From assembly GCA_043811915.1 (NCBI GenBank), contig JBDRMS010000006.1:86870-150869 (forward strand): DNA of 64,000 nucleotides. Reading direction: 5' to 3'. The notes under the pieces were generated by a model. It was not told where the DNA came from. It did no database searches and saw only the letters and a program-made list of their open reading frames with translations. This DNA comes from a bacterium. GTDB taxonomy: Bacteria > Patescibacteriota > Andersenbacteria > UBA10190. The position numbers and the translations under genes are program-made. Below, piece after piece: positions 30,136 to 38,930 of this stretch. Within the stretch, counting starts at the first letter, position 1; each line of letters opens with the position of its first letter.

Positions 30136-30588
30136 ATGAGTAAAGCTCCAAAGACACGCATTGTACAAGATTCCTGGTTCGTTATTAGTAGTCAGTGCCC
30201 AGAGGAGGTGAGGTTAGCACTTGTGTGTGGATTGCCAAAAGATGGCTACTGGGGACCAAACACATACAATGGCGACCGATTCGTAGGCAGCATTGGTGAC
30301 ATCAACATTGGCGTATGTTGTTCCGATAACCACATAGAAGATGACGACGGAATTCCAGTGAGCAGTTTATGCGGACTGGGTAAAACTTATCACCTGTTTG
30401 CTTATCGGGGAGAAGAACTGCTTTGGATGAGAATGATGTATCGGCATAGTGCTTCCATCGAAGGTGATAGAATCAAGCTAGTGCATGCTTTTCACAGGTT
30501 TGAACCCGGGAATCCTGAATATCGGTCGTACTATCTGGATCCAAAGACGGGAGAAAAGATTTCTGACCTGTCGTTGGTAAAACATTAA
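30136..30588 (+). CDS. hypothetical protein (150 aa)
   Basis: GGAGG RBS 5 nt upstream; followed by an intrinsic terminator. Confidence 0.55.
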   Translation: MSKAPKTRIVQDSWFVISSQCPEEVRLALVCGLPKDGYWGPNTYNGDRFVGSIGDINIGVCCSDNHIEDDDGIPVSSLCGLGKTYHLFAYRGEELLWMRMMYRHSASIEGDRIKLVHAFHRFEPGNPEYRSYYLDPKTGEKISDLSLVKH

Positions 30589-30601
30589 CTGTCTGTTACC
30601 T

Positions 30602-30627
30602 CACCACCCCCGGGTGGTTTTTTTTCT
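30602..30627 (+). terminator. rho-independent terminator (ACCACCC-CC-GGGTGGT then T9)
   Basis: GC-rich hairpin followed by TTTTTTTTT, 14 nt after the stop of 30136-30588. Confidence 0.75.
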
Positions 30628-30727
30628 TCACTCCATATAACGTTATATGGAGGATTAGGCGTGTTAGTGCTTAAGAAGCCAGTTCCAAACAGTTTTAAGG
30701 ATTATCTAAATGAAATGGCAAGACAGG

Positions 30728-31216
30728 TTAGTTGATAAGCACGGCTGCCAGAAAAGCCACAATTATTCCCACTGCCAGAAGCAGCTGCAGCACTTTGGCG
30801 CCCAGCAAGCCCAAGACGGAAAATAAAGCCGCCCGGCTGGCTTTGTTGGTCGAACTTCCCTCGTAAGTGGCGCCCAGGAAAGACCCTAGCAACATGCCGG
30901 CTAAAATGCCAACGGGACCGGCGGAAATGAAGCCAAGCAACGCGCCGATAATCAGGCCGATCATGGCAAACTTTCCGCCTCCTCCCGCTCTGACGCCAAT
31001 GGCCGCACCAATATATTCAATGAGCCAGGCCAGAATGGCCACTACACCAAAAATGATGATTGTGGCCGTGCTAATACTGGCGAAATTAGTTGCAACTGCA
31101 TATATTAGAATGCCCAAAAAGACCAGTCCTACACCGGGCAGTATGGGTATAAAGATACCAGCTAGGCCAGTGATAAAGAGGAAGGCAACAATGAGCCAAA
31201 GCAAAAGGATAGACAT
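30728..31216 (-). CDS. DUF456-like membrane protein
   Basis: Four TM helices; glycine-rich GAAIGVRAGGGG loop typical of DUF456. Confidence 0.55.
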   Translation of the reverse strand: MSILLLWLIVAFLFITGLAGIFIPILPGVGLVFLGILIYAVATNFASISTATIIIFGVVAILAWLIEYIGAAIGVRAGGGGKFAMIGLIIGALLGFISAGPVGILAGMLLGSFLGATYEGSSTNKASRAALFSVLGLLGAKVLQLLLAVGIIVAFLAAVLIN

Positions 31217-31272
31217 ATGGGGGGTATTGTGTCAAATAGATAGAGCTAGTATTATATGCAGTATAGGACAGT

Positions 31273-31653
31273 ATGAAAGGGTTTGTCATTGACATTGAAA
31301 AAGCGACGGAGGAGAACACCGACTACCGGCGGGTTTTATATACGGCAGAGAATAGCCAATTGGTGGTGATGAATATCCAACCCGGGGACGAGATCGGGGA
31401 AGAGGTGCACAAACTGGACCAGTTTATTCGTATTGAGAAGGGCCAGACGAAGGCTATTTTAGATGGCGAAGAAAGTGAAATGAAGGAAGGCTTCGCGGTG
31501 GTTATTCCGGCAGGGACTAAACATAATATTGTTAATACGGGAAGCGGCGAGCTGAAAGTATATAGTGTCTATTCACCGCCGCAGCATCGTGATGGGGTGG
31601 TACATAGAACGAAGGCGGAAGCTGACGCAGACGAGGAACATTTTGGTGGATAA
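31273..31653 (+). CDS. cupin-domain protein
   Basis: Cupin motifs G(X)5HXH...G...P...G...H...N. Confidence 0.7.
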   Translation: MKGFVIDIEKATEENTDYRRVLYTAENSQLVVMNIQPGDEIGEEVHKLDQFIRIEKGQTKAILDGEESEMKEGFAVVIPAGTKHNIVNTGSGELKVYSVYSPPQHRDGVVHRTKAEADADEEHFGG

Positions 31654-31704
31654 ACGAATAAAAAAATCCCCCGGGGAGCAGGGGAGGTGAGTACGAATAC
31701 AGCT

Positions 31705-32493
31705 TTAAGAATGTTGGCGCGCCAGTGTTTTTTCACGCTCAAGTTGGTTTTCTTCAGCTTGCTGCCTTTGTTGTGTGGCTGTAATAACCAGTCTTAGCGC
31801 TTTCTTTAATTGAACAAGACCACTAATGCCGATGTTGGGAATGGCTAGAAGGCTGTCTTCAGTAATTCCAAGAAGATCCTGGAACTTTACGTAGCCATTT
31901 TTTTCAAGAGCGTTGCTTGCCCGGACAGGCACCAGCTCGGAGATGAACGTATCTAACCCTAATTTCAACCATGCCTCGTTGCGTGCGGATTGTTTGCGAA
32001 TGACAGTTAATATGCTGCCCCACTCACTTACTGATTTCTGGCTGTTTGAGAACGCGCGGGCGAGATTACACAGGTGGGGTTTTACGGTTGGATGTTGAAG
32101 GGCTGCCATAATCTGGCTGGCGCACGAGAAGAGTGTTTTATACTCATCAAAACGTTGTGCATTGTCGCCAAATTGGACACTTAAGCACGCTTCCTTGAGG
32201 ATGGCTTGGGTTAGTTTCCTGATTCCTGTAATTGGTTCTGTGTTGGACAAGCCATACCTGACTTTCAGGAAAGCCTGACAAAAAGGCCATGGGTCTTGCT
32301 TGGTCAGGGCAGGGGGCAGAGTTAGCTCCAGAGCCTGGTCGATGGCTGGTCCGATGTTGGAAGGCCAGAGCTGGTGGGCGTAGGCGCGTTGTTGTTTGCG
32401 GTAGTGGATAAACAGGAGTCGGCAAAGTTTTCTGCTGTCCGGGGTGGATAAACCGAGTCTGGTAAAGGTAAGGTGACCGGGTTTTGACAGCAA
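31705..32493 (-). CDS. hypothetical protein with C-terminal helix-hairpin-helix domain resembling RNA polymerase alpha C-terminal domain
   Basis: C-terminal VRASNALEKNGYVKFQDLLGITEDSLLAIPNIGISGLVQLKKAL; start (TTG 32493) uncertain. Confidence 0.45.
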   Translation of the reverse strand: MLSKPGHLTFTRLGLSTPDSRKLCRLLFIHYRKQQRAYAHQLWPSNIGPAIDQALELTLPPALTKQDPWPFCQAFLKVRYGLSNTEPITGIRKLTQAILKEACLSVQFGDNAQRFDEYKTLFSCASQIMAALQHPTVKPHLCNLARAFSNSQKSVSEWGSILTVIRKQSARNEAWLKLGLDTFISELVPVRASNALEKNGYVKFQDLLGITEDSLLAIPNIGISGLVQLKKALRLVITATQQRQQAEENQLEREKTLARQHS

Positions 32494-32852
32494 GCTGGCG
32501 ATGAAATGGTGGTCGGCCGGAAGGACCAGGGGACAAAGCTGACGAAAGTGACGCTTACCCAGAGTTCGTTCCAGAAATAGTAAGTAACCCAGGCCCGGAA
32601 AGTGTCGGTTAACAGGATGTCGGCCTTTTTTGGTTAGAATGTTGTACAGACTGCAGCTGACTATTTTGTGCTGAAGCCTTTGCCAGCCGGGTGCAGCGGT
32701 GATTAAGCCAGACAGAGCGGCAACGCTTATGGCGCGCCTATTTAAAGGTTTCTTAGCTATGGTTATGCCTCTTTTCCAGTGAGTTGTGAAAAGAACTTTC
32801 CGATTATTAGGGTAAGATAGTTAATGTAATAAGGGAAGAAATAGCCTTTTTA

Positions 32853-33992
32853 TTGTTGAGCTGGGAGAGGTATAGATGCAACAATGAAGGAGTGAGAATT
32901 GTAATTGATGCACGGGCTTACAGTTGGGCGGGAGTGGGGCGTTATATTCGTAATTTATTGAAGCAGCTGGGTCAGTTGCAAAGCGGACACAGATTTGTAG
33001 TGCTGCTGGGTAAACAGGATATCCCGAAGTTTAAAAAAGATGTCGGTGAAAGAAGGAAAGACTTTTTTGATATACAGGAAGTCGAGGCTTCGTATTATTC
33101 CTGGCAGGAGCAGACAACTTTTTTATGGCAATTACGGGCAATTAAGGCTGACTTGTATCACTTCACACATTTTAATGTCCCATTGTTCTTTAACCAGCCC
33201 TACCTGGTAACGATTCATGACGTGACCAGATTTATTTTTCCTGGTCAGAGGCAGCAGGGCTTGGTTCACCAAATAGCGTATGAACAAGTATTTAAACATG
33301 CGGTGGAGAAGGCGCGCGGTGTTATTTGCGTGTCAGAGACGACGAAAAGAGATCTTAAAAATTTGCCGCTTAAATTGCCGAATGTGGTGGAGACTATTTA
33401 TGAGGGAGTAGAGAAGAGTTTTACGCCGGATATAAGAAGGAAGCACCGTCAACGAGTGCGGTTGGTGCTGGGAACGCAGGATCCTTATCTACTGTATGTG
33501 GGTGTTTGGATGAATCATAAAAATTTACCGCGTCTGCTGGCTGCTTATAAGCTACTACTAAAAAAGCGTCCCAATTTGAAACTAGTGCTGACTGGCAGGG
33601 CAAGGATGGGTGATGTTGACGTATTAAACATAGCGAAAAAATTGAAGTTGGACAGTGATAAAATAATATATCCTGGTTTTGTGCCGCAAAAATTGCTGCC
33701 GGCGTTGTATGCGGAGGCGGCCTGTTTAGTGTTACCAAGTTTGTATGAAGGATTTGGTTTGCCGGCACTGGAAGCGATGGCTTGCGGAATACCGGTTGTG
33801 GCATCAAATGTGTCCAGCCTGCCGGAAATTTTGGGGCAGGGGGCAGAATATGTTAACCCGGAATACACGCCGGGAATAGCGGCTGGCATTGAACGGGCGT
33901 TGGGGAGAATTAACCAGTGTAATCAAACAAGGCGATTTAGCTGGGAGCGGTGTGCGTTTGAGACATTGAGTGTATATACCTGGGTGGGGTAA
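32853..33992 (+). CDS. GT4 family glycosyltransferase
   Basis: EGFGLPALEAMACGIPVVASN motif. Confidence 0.8.
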   Translation: MLSWERYRCNNEGVRIVIDARAYSWAGVGRYIRNLLKQLGQLQSGHRFVVLLGKQDIPKFKKDVGERRKDFFDIQEVEASYYSWQEQTTFLWQLRAIKADLYHFTHFNVPLFFNQPYLVTIHDVTRFIFPGQRQQGLVHQIAYEQVFKHAVEKARGVICVSETTKRDLKNLPLKLPNVVETIYEGVEKSFTPDIRRKHRQRVRLVLGTQDPYLLYVGVWMNHKNLPRLLAAYKLLLKKRPNLKLVLTGRARMGDVDVLNIAKKLKLDSDKIIYPGFVPQKLLPALYAEAACLVLPSLYEGFGLPALEAMACGIPVVASNVSSLPEILGQGAEYVNPEYTPGIAAGIERALGRINQCNQTRRFSWERCAFETLSVYTWVG

Positions 33993-34001
33993 ACTGAAGG
34001 T

Positions 34002-36458
34002 GTGTTGGATATAATACCAGCCGGCTCTTCGGGTGGAGAAGGAAAGGCAAAAAACAGAAAGCAAAAGCCCAACGTTGTTGAGTTGAGCTGGAAACTGCCG
34101 GTGCGTCTAAGGCGTCCGGTAAGTGATGATTTTAAAAGGAGAACTATTACGACTAAAAGGCCTACGCGAGTTCAGAAACAGATGGGAGTGGAGCATCACA
34201 CGGGTGATGTGTACCGGAACTCCCGGGCGGAGATGCGTTTGCCGGAACCGCCGTATACGGGGAAATTTTCGCGGGGGTGTATTTCTTCGCCCAAGCCTGT
34301 CACTCATCGGGTCGTTCGACGAGCTACGCAACAGCCAGCTTTAGGTGTCGAGCGGGACCTGGCGTATAAGTTTACGGGTGAAGTAAATAAAAAGAGTACG
34401 CCCAGTGTGGAAAGAATTGTTTTGCCAAGAGGCAGATTGAGGAAAAAGGGCTGGACTAACCCTATAAATCGGAAGTTGGTCTTTAATATGACTGTGTTGT
34501 TAGTTGGTTGTTTGTTGGTGTACGGGTTGTTTTGGAATTTACAGGGACTGGGGCGAGGCCTGGCGCAGCTTGGCCCGATACGTGATCAAATAGGCGTGGC
34601 CCTGGGGCGTGTATTATCAGCTTCCGGTGCGCTGGCGGAGACAGATTTTGTTAGTAGCGAACAGGACTTTGCTGACGCGCAGGTGGTTTTGACTGAAGCA
34701 CAGACTGAAATGGAACGGGTGATGGGATATACCGGTACTGTTTTGCGATATCTTGATGTGACAGGGACAGTGCGGGCAGGCCAGGATTTGTTGACGGCCG
34801 GGGAGGCATTGACGCGGGCAGGGCAGCATGTATCACGGGGTCTGGAGCCATTATTTAAGTGGTCGGAGAAGTCCTCATTAGTTGAGGCTATTGGACAGTC
34901 TCAACAGGAGCTGATTCAAGCAGTGGCCTTGTTGGAGGAGGCAGAGCAGGCGTTGAAAAACGCGGACAGTCCATTTTTACCACAAGACATAGCAGGCCAG
35001 ATGGAATTGTTGCAGGAAAGTGTGCCGCGAGTAAGGCAGGCATTAACCATATATCTGGATCAGAGTAGCGTGTTGTTGACTGTGCTGGGCGCGGAAAGGG
35101 AGAGGGAGTATTTACTCCTTTTCATGAACAACCACGAGTTGCGACCGACGGGCGGATTTATTGGCAGTATTGCTTTGGTTAGCATAGACCGCGGAGTGGT
35201 GGAAAAGATTGACGTGGAAAGTGTATACGACGGTGATGGCCAGCTGAAAGATTTTATTGCACCGCCGGATCCCTTATTATTAGTGACTAATCGCTGGTAC
35301 CTACGAGACACAAACTGGTTTGTTGACTGGCCGGTTAGTGCGGCTAAAACGGCTGAATTTTTTGAGAAGGAGGGTGGACCGACGGTGGATGGGGTCATTG
35401 CCTTGACGCCGGAGGTGGTGCGGGAATTACTGGGTATAGTTGGTGAAGTAGATATGCCGCAGTACGACGTGGTGGTGACGGCAGATAATTTCTGGGACGT
35501 TGTGCAGCGGGAAGTAACCTATGAATATAATGAGAAGTTGAACAGGCCGAAGCAGTTCCTGGCAGATCTGACACCGATATTACTAGGACGGCTGATGACG
35601 TCGTCGGCTGACCAGTCTTTGGCGGTATTAAATGTATTGTCTGGTATGTTGCAGCAAAAGAATATCTTGATGTATTTCCGTGATGATAATGTGCAAGAGC
35701 GGTTGAAAGCCGCTGGTTGGGCGGGAGAGATACCGCGTAATCGGCGGGGATTGCTGGCTATCAACAATGCTAACATCGGAGGACATAAAAGCGACCAATT
35801 TATAGAGCAGGACGTTGATTACCAACTGGATATGCAAAAAAATGGTGATGTTGATGTAATGTTGACGATACGGCGTACGCACCGGGGGCCGGAGGAAGCA
35901 ATGGATTACGTGTATCCCAAGGATGAAAATCCTGCGCAAAAGGACAACGTAGTGTATCAGCGTGTGCTGGTGTCGGAGGGAGCAGAGCTTAAGGAAGCGG
36001 ATGGATTTGCCACTGAAGCAGAGTTGCCGCACTTTGCGGTGCCGGAGCCCGACCTGTCATTGATGGTTGATCCGGAGGTGGCGGAATGGCAGCGAGGGCA
36101 AGTACGACACGAGACCGGAACGATGATTGGTCGAGAAGCCGGCTACACTTTTTTTGCCAACTGGGTGGTGACGGCGCCAGGCGAAACATCAGTGACTTTT
36201 TATCGTTATCGGCTAAAAAATGAAGTGACTTTGCCCACTGTGTTTGATCCGGCGCAATCTTTTGAGGCGTACGTGTTTAAACAACCAGGTCAGGAGAGAA
36301 CACAGTTAAGAGTGGTGATGAACTTGCCGGAGACAACTCGCATAGTACACACGGTGCCAGAAGATGGGGTAACGCAGCATAATGCTAACGAAGTAGTTTA
36401 TCGAGGTATGCTGCAACGCGACGGGCTGGTGGGGGCGGTGTTTGAAAAGAGTAATTGA
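34002..36458 (+). CDS. large membrane-anchored protein, DUF4012-like
   Basis: ~165 aa basic N-terminal region, a single TM helix, then a ~640 aa extracytoplasmic domain with FMNNHELRPTGGFIGS. Confidence 0.45.
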   Translation: MLDIIPAGSSGGEGKAKNRKQKPNVVELSWKLPVRLRRPVSDDFKRRTITTKRPTRVQKQMGVEHHTGDVYRNSRAEMRLPEPPYTGKFSRGCISSPKPVTHRVVRRATQQPALGVERDLAYKFTGEVNKKSTPSVERIVLPRGRLRKKGWTNPINRKLVFNMTVLLVGCLLVYGLFWNLQGLGRGLAQLGPIRDQIGVALGRVLSASGALAETDFVSSEQDFADAQVVLTEAQTEMERVMGYTGTVLRYLDVTGTVRAGQDLLTAGEALTRAGQHVSRGLEPLFKWSEKSSLVEAIGQSQQELIQAVALLEEAEQALKNADSPFLPQDIAGQMELLQESVPRVRQALTIYLDQSSVLLTVLGAEREREYLLLFMNNHELRPTGGFIGSIALVSIDRGVVEKIDVESVYDGDGQLKDFIAPPDPLLLVTNRWYLRDTNWFVDWPVSAAKTAEFFEKEGGPTVDGVIALTPEVVRELLGIVGEVDMPQYDVVVTADNFWDVVQREVTYEYNEKLNRPKQFLADLTPILLGRLMTSSADQSLAVLNVLSGMLQQKNILMYFRDDNVQERLKAAGWAGEIPRNRRGLLAINNANIGGHKSDQFIEQDVDYQLDMQKNGDVDVMLTIRRTHRGPEEAMDYVYPKDENPAQKDNVVYQRVLVSEGAELKEADGFATEAELPHFAVPEPDLSLMVDPEVAEWQRGQVRHETGTMIGREAGYTFFANWVVTAPGETSVTFYRYRLKNEVTLPTVFDPAQSFEAYVFKQPGQERTQLRVVMNLPETTRIVHTVPEDGVTQHNANEVVYRGMLQRDGLVGAVFEKSN

Positions 36459-36461
36459 AAT

Positions 36462-38078
36462 ATGAGCCAGATAAATAATGGCCGCCTGATTTCGGCAGCC
36501 ACCATCCTAGGTATTGCTTCTTTGGTCAGCGCCGTAGTTGGTTTATTGCGCGATAGAGTGCTGGCCACTACTTTTGGTGCGGGGGATGTGCTTGATGCCT
36601 ATGCGGTAGCTTTTAGGTTGCCTGACCTTATATTCAGCTTGTTGGTGTTGGGTGCTTTATCGGCCGCGTTTATTCCTTTATTTACGGAGAAGCTGGTAAA
36701 AGGCGGAGAAGGGAAACAAAAGGCGTTCGATTTTGCGTTACCGGTGCTTAATGTATTGGTATTAGTGGCGGGGGGGCTGGCTTTACTGTTTGTTATATTT
36801 GCCCCTTATCTGATTCTGTTGATAGCTCCTGGTTTTGAAGGCGAGAAACTACAAATGACTATTACGCTGGCGCGCATCATGGCATTACAACCAGTGTTGT
36901 TGGCAGTAAGCGCTGTCTTTTCTGGTATCCTTAATTCTTTTAAACGGTTTGTAGTTTATGCCCTGGCTCCGATTTTGTACAACGTGGGTATTATCTTTGG
37001 GGTGTTACTATTGGTGCCGCGCTGGGGCGTGGTGGGCCTGGCTTGGGGGGTGGTGCTGGGAGCAGGCATGCATATGTTAATTCAACTGCCCAGTGTAATA
37101 GCCTTAGGCTTTCGGTGGCGGCCAAAGTTTAATTGGGCACGAAAAGATGTGCGGGCGCTGTGGTGCATGATGGTGCCGCGAGTGGTGGGATTGGCTGCAA
37201 CTCAAGTTAATCTACTGACGGTGTCAATATTGGGGTCAAGCTTACTGGCTGGCAGTATTGCGGTGTTCCGCTTTGCGAATAACGTGCAGCTTTTGCCGGT
37301 GGGAATTTTTGGTATTGCTTTTGCCCAGGCAGCTTTTCCAACCTTAGCGGAGCAAGTAGCACAAGGACGACACATGGAGTTTCGTAATACTCTGACACGG
37401 GTGATGCGTTATATATTGTTTTTTGTGGTGCCGGCGTCGCTATTTTTCTTTCTCCTGCGGGCACAAATGATTAGGGTGATGTTTGGCGCGGGTGCTTTTG
37501 ACTGGGAGGACACTATTTTAACTTTTGAAACATTTGGCTGGTTGATTGTGAGTATTTTTGCCCAGGCTTTGATACCGCTTTTAGCGAAAGCTTTTTATGT
37601 ACAAAAAAACACCAAGACGCCGGTGATCATTTCGGTAGGCAGTATGGTGTTGAATGTTGTGCTGGCGGTTTGGTTGGCGCCGAGCATGGGGGTGCAGGGG
37701 CTGGCGTTGGCCTTCTCAGTTTCAGCGATTGTTAATGTGTTTTTATTACTTGGTGTATTGCATTGGCAATTGAATGGATTAAATGATCGGGAAGTGCTGA
37801 CTAGCCTGGCACGTATTGCGCTGGCGGCTATGGTGGCAGGTATAGTAGTACAGGTACTTAAATATCCAGTGGCGGCCCTCGTTAATATGCATCGTTTCTG
37901 GGGAATATTTGTGCAGCTAGTGGTGGCTGGCGGTGGTGGGGGTTTGGCTTACCTGGTGTTAATGTGGATGCTGGGAAGCGAGGAGTTAGCGGTTTTACGG
38001 CGGTACCTGCCGCGGCGGGCCACAGTGGATTTACCGCCAGGTACGGACACTCCGCGCTTTGAAGGATTACCGGATTGA
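36462..38078 (+). CDS. murJ: lipid II flippase MurJ (MviN)
   Basis: 14-TM MOP superfamily; N-terminal ...LLRDRVLATTFGAGDVLDAYAVAFRLPD typical of MurJ. Confidence 0.85.
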   Translation: MSQINNGRLISAATILGIASLVSAVVGLLRDRVLATTFGAGDVLDAYAVAFRLPDLIFSLLVLGALSAAFIPLFTEKLVKGGEGKQKAFDFALPVLNVLVLVAGGLALLFVIFAPYLILLIAPGFEGEKLQMTITLARIMALQPVLLAVSAVFSGILNSFKRFVVYALAPILYNVGIIFGVLLLVPRWGVVGLAWGVVLGAGMHMLIQLPSVIALGFRWRPKFNWARKDVRALWCMMVPRVVGLAATQVNLLTVSILGSSLLAGSIAVFRFANNVQLLPVGIFGIAFAQAAFPTLAEQVAQGRHMEFRNTLTRVMRYILFFVVPASLFFFLLRAQMIRVMFGAGAFDWEDTILTFETFGWLIVSIFAQALIPLLAKAFYVQKNTKTPVIISVGSMVLNVVLAVWLAPSMGVQGLALAFSVSAIVNVFLLLGVLHWQLNGLNDREVLTSLARIALAAMVAGIVVQVLKYPVAALVNMHRFWGIFVQLVVAGGGGGLAYLVLMWMLGSEELAVLRRYLPRRATVDLPPGTDTPRFEGLPD

Positions 38079-38094
38079 ACATTGTATTACTCTC

Positions 38095-38117
38095 ATTCCA
38101 ACCCTTAGGGTTGGAAT
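38095..38117. repeat. REP-like hairpin ATTCCAACCC-TTA-GGGTTGGAAT (10-bp stem), copy A
   Basis: Identical to 38826-38848; flanks the RAYT gene. Confidence 0.85.
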
Positions 38118-38133
38118 TGCCTTTATATGTTGT

Positions 38134-38787
38134 CTAGTCCTCGTTGTCGATGAGTAGGTGTTTGATGTCAGACAACGAACGAGCGTAGTCGGCCTCGTCA
38201 AAAACAAATTTTTTATATTCTGTGGGCTTCATAATGCTTTTTAGTAGTGACTTATGGCACACGACTGCGCGTACCTTATTGATGTATTCTGGTAGGGACG
38301 ACCAACGATACGTGGAGGGATTGTTGATCATGTGGGCTACAAAAGGGTTGAGGTGGATGTAACGACTGACATGAAGCAACTGTTCATCTCCGTCAACCAG
38401 TACAGAGTGAAATGGATTGACAAACAATGAGCCAGATCGGTGTTCTCTTGTGTTGAAATATTTAGCATAACTAGTTAGCAGTCGTAGTATATAGAGCGAG
38501 GTGCCGCCGCTGGCGTTCTCTCTGATTAGAAGATGAATATGATTTGGCATTAGACTGTAGCATAAGAGATCGATTAATCCTGACCCGCTGGGTGTTCTTT
38601 CGGCCTCCTGTTTTAATTTCCGTGCGACTGAAAAGCTCTGGATATTACCCTTTGGCAGACAGTGAGTGAGTAGTGCCACGAATCGATGTTTGTCACTGTC
38701 GTATCTAAAGATGTTTCGCTTTTCAACTCCCCGCGTGCAGATATGATATATCTCGCCTGGAACAAGCTCGTCATAGCGGTAACTCAT
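38134..38787 (-). CDS. IS200/IS605-type (REP-associated, RAYT-like) tyrosine transposase homolog, copy 2
   Basis: HuH motif PNHIHLL; paralog of 10168-10827 sharing the HuH core and the SRYIHLNP block; flanked by identical hairpins. Confidence 0.72.
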   Translation of the reverse strand: MSYRYDELVPGEIYHICTRGVEKRNIFRYDSDKHRFVALLTHCLPKGNIQSFSVARKLKQEAERTPSGSGLIDLLCYSLMPNHIHLLIRENASGGTSLYILRLLTSYAKYFNTREHRSGSLFVNPFHSVLVDGDEQLLHVSRYIHLNPFVAHMINNPSTYRWSSLPEYINKVRAVVCHKSLLKSIMKPTEYKKFVFDEADYARSLSDIKHLLIDNED

Positions 38788-38825
38788 AGAACTATTATAT
38801 TATCACTACACGCTAAAACAAGGGT

Positions 38826-38863
38826 ATTCCAACCCTTAGGGTTGGAATGTAGGGTTGGAATGT
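38826..38863. repeat. REP-like hairpin copy B (38826-38848) with tandem duplication of its right arm GGGTTGGAATGT (38839-38850 and 38852-38863)
   Basis: Read directly from sequence. Confidence 0.85.
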
Positions 38864-38930
38864 GGGTATGCGAGGAGCGAATCAGGCTTGTTGTTTGTCA
38901 AGACCTTGGTTTGAATGATATTCTCCTCCC

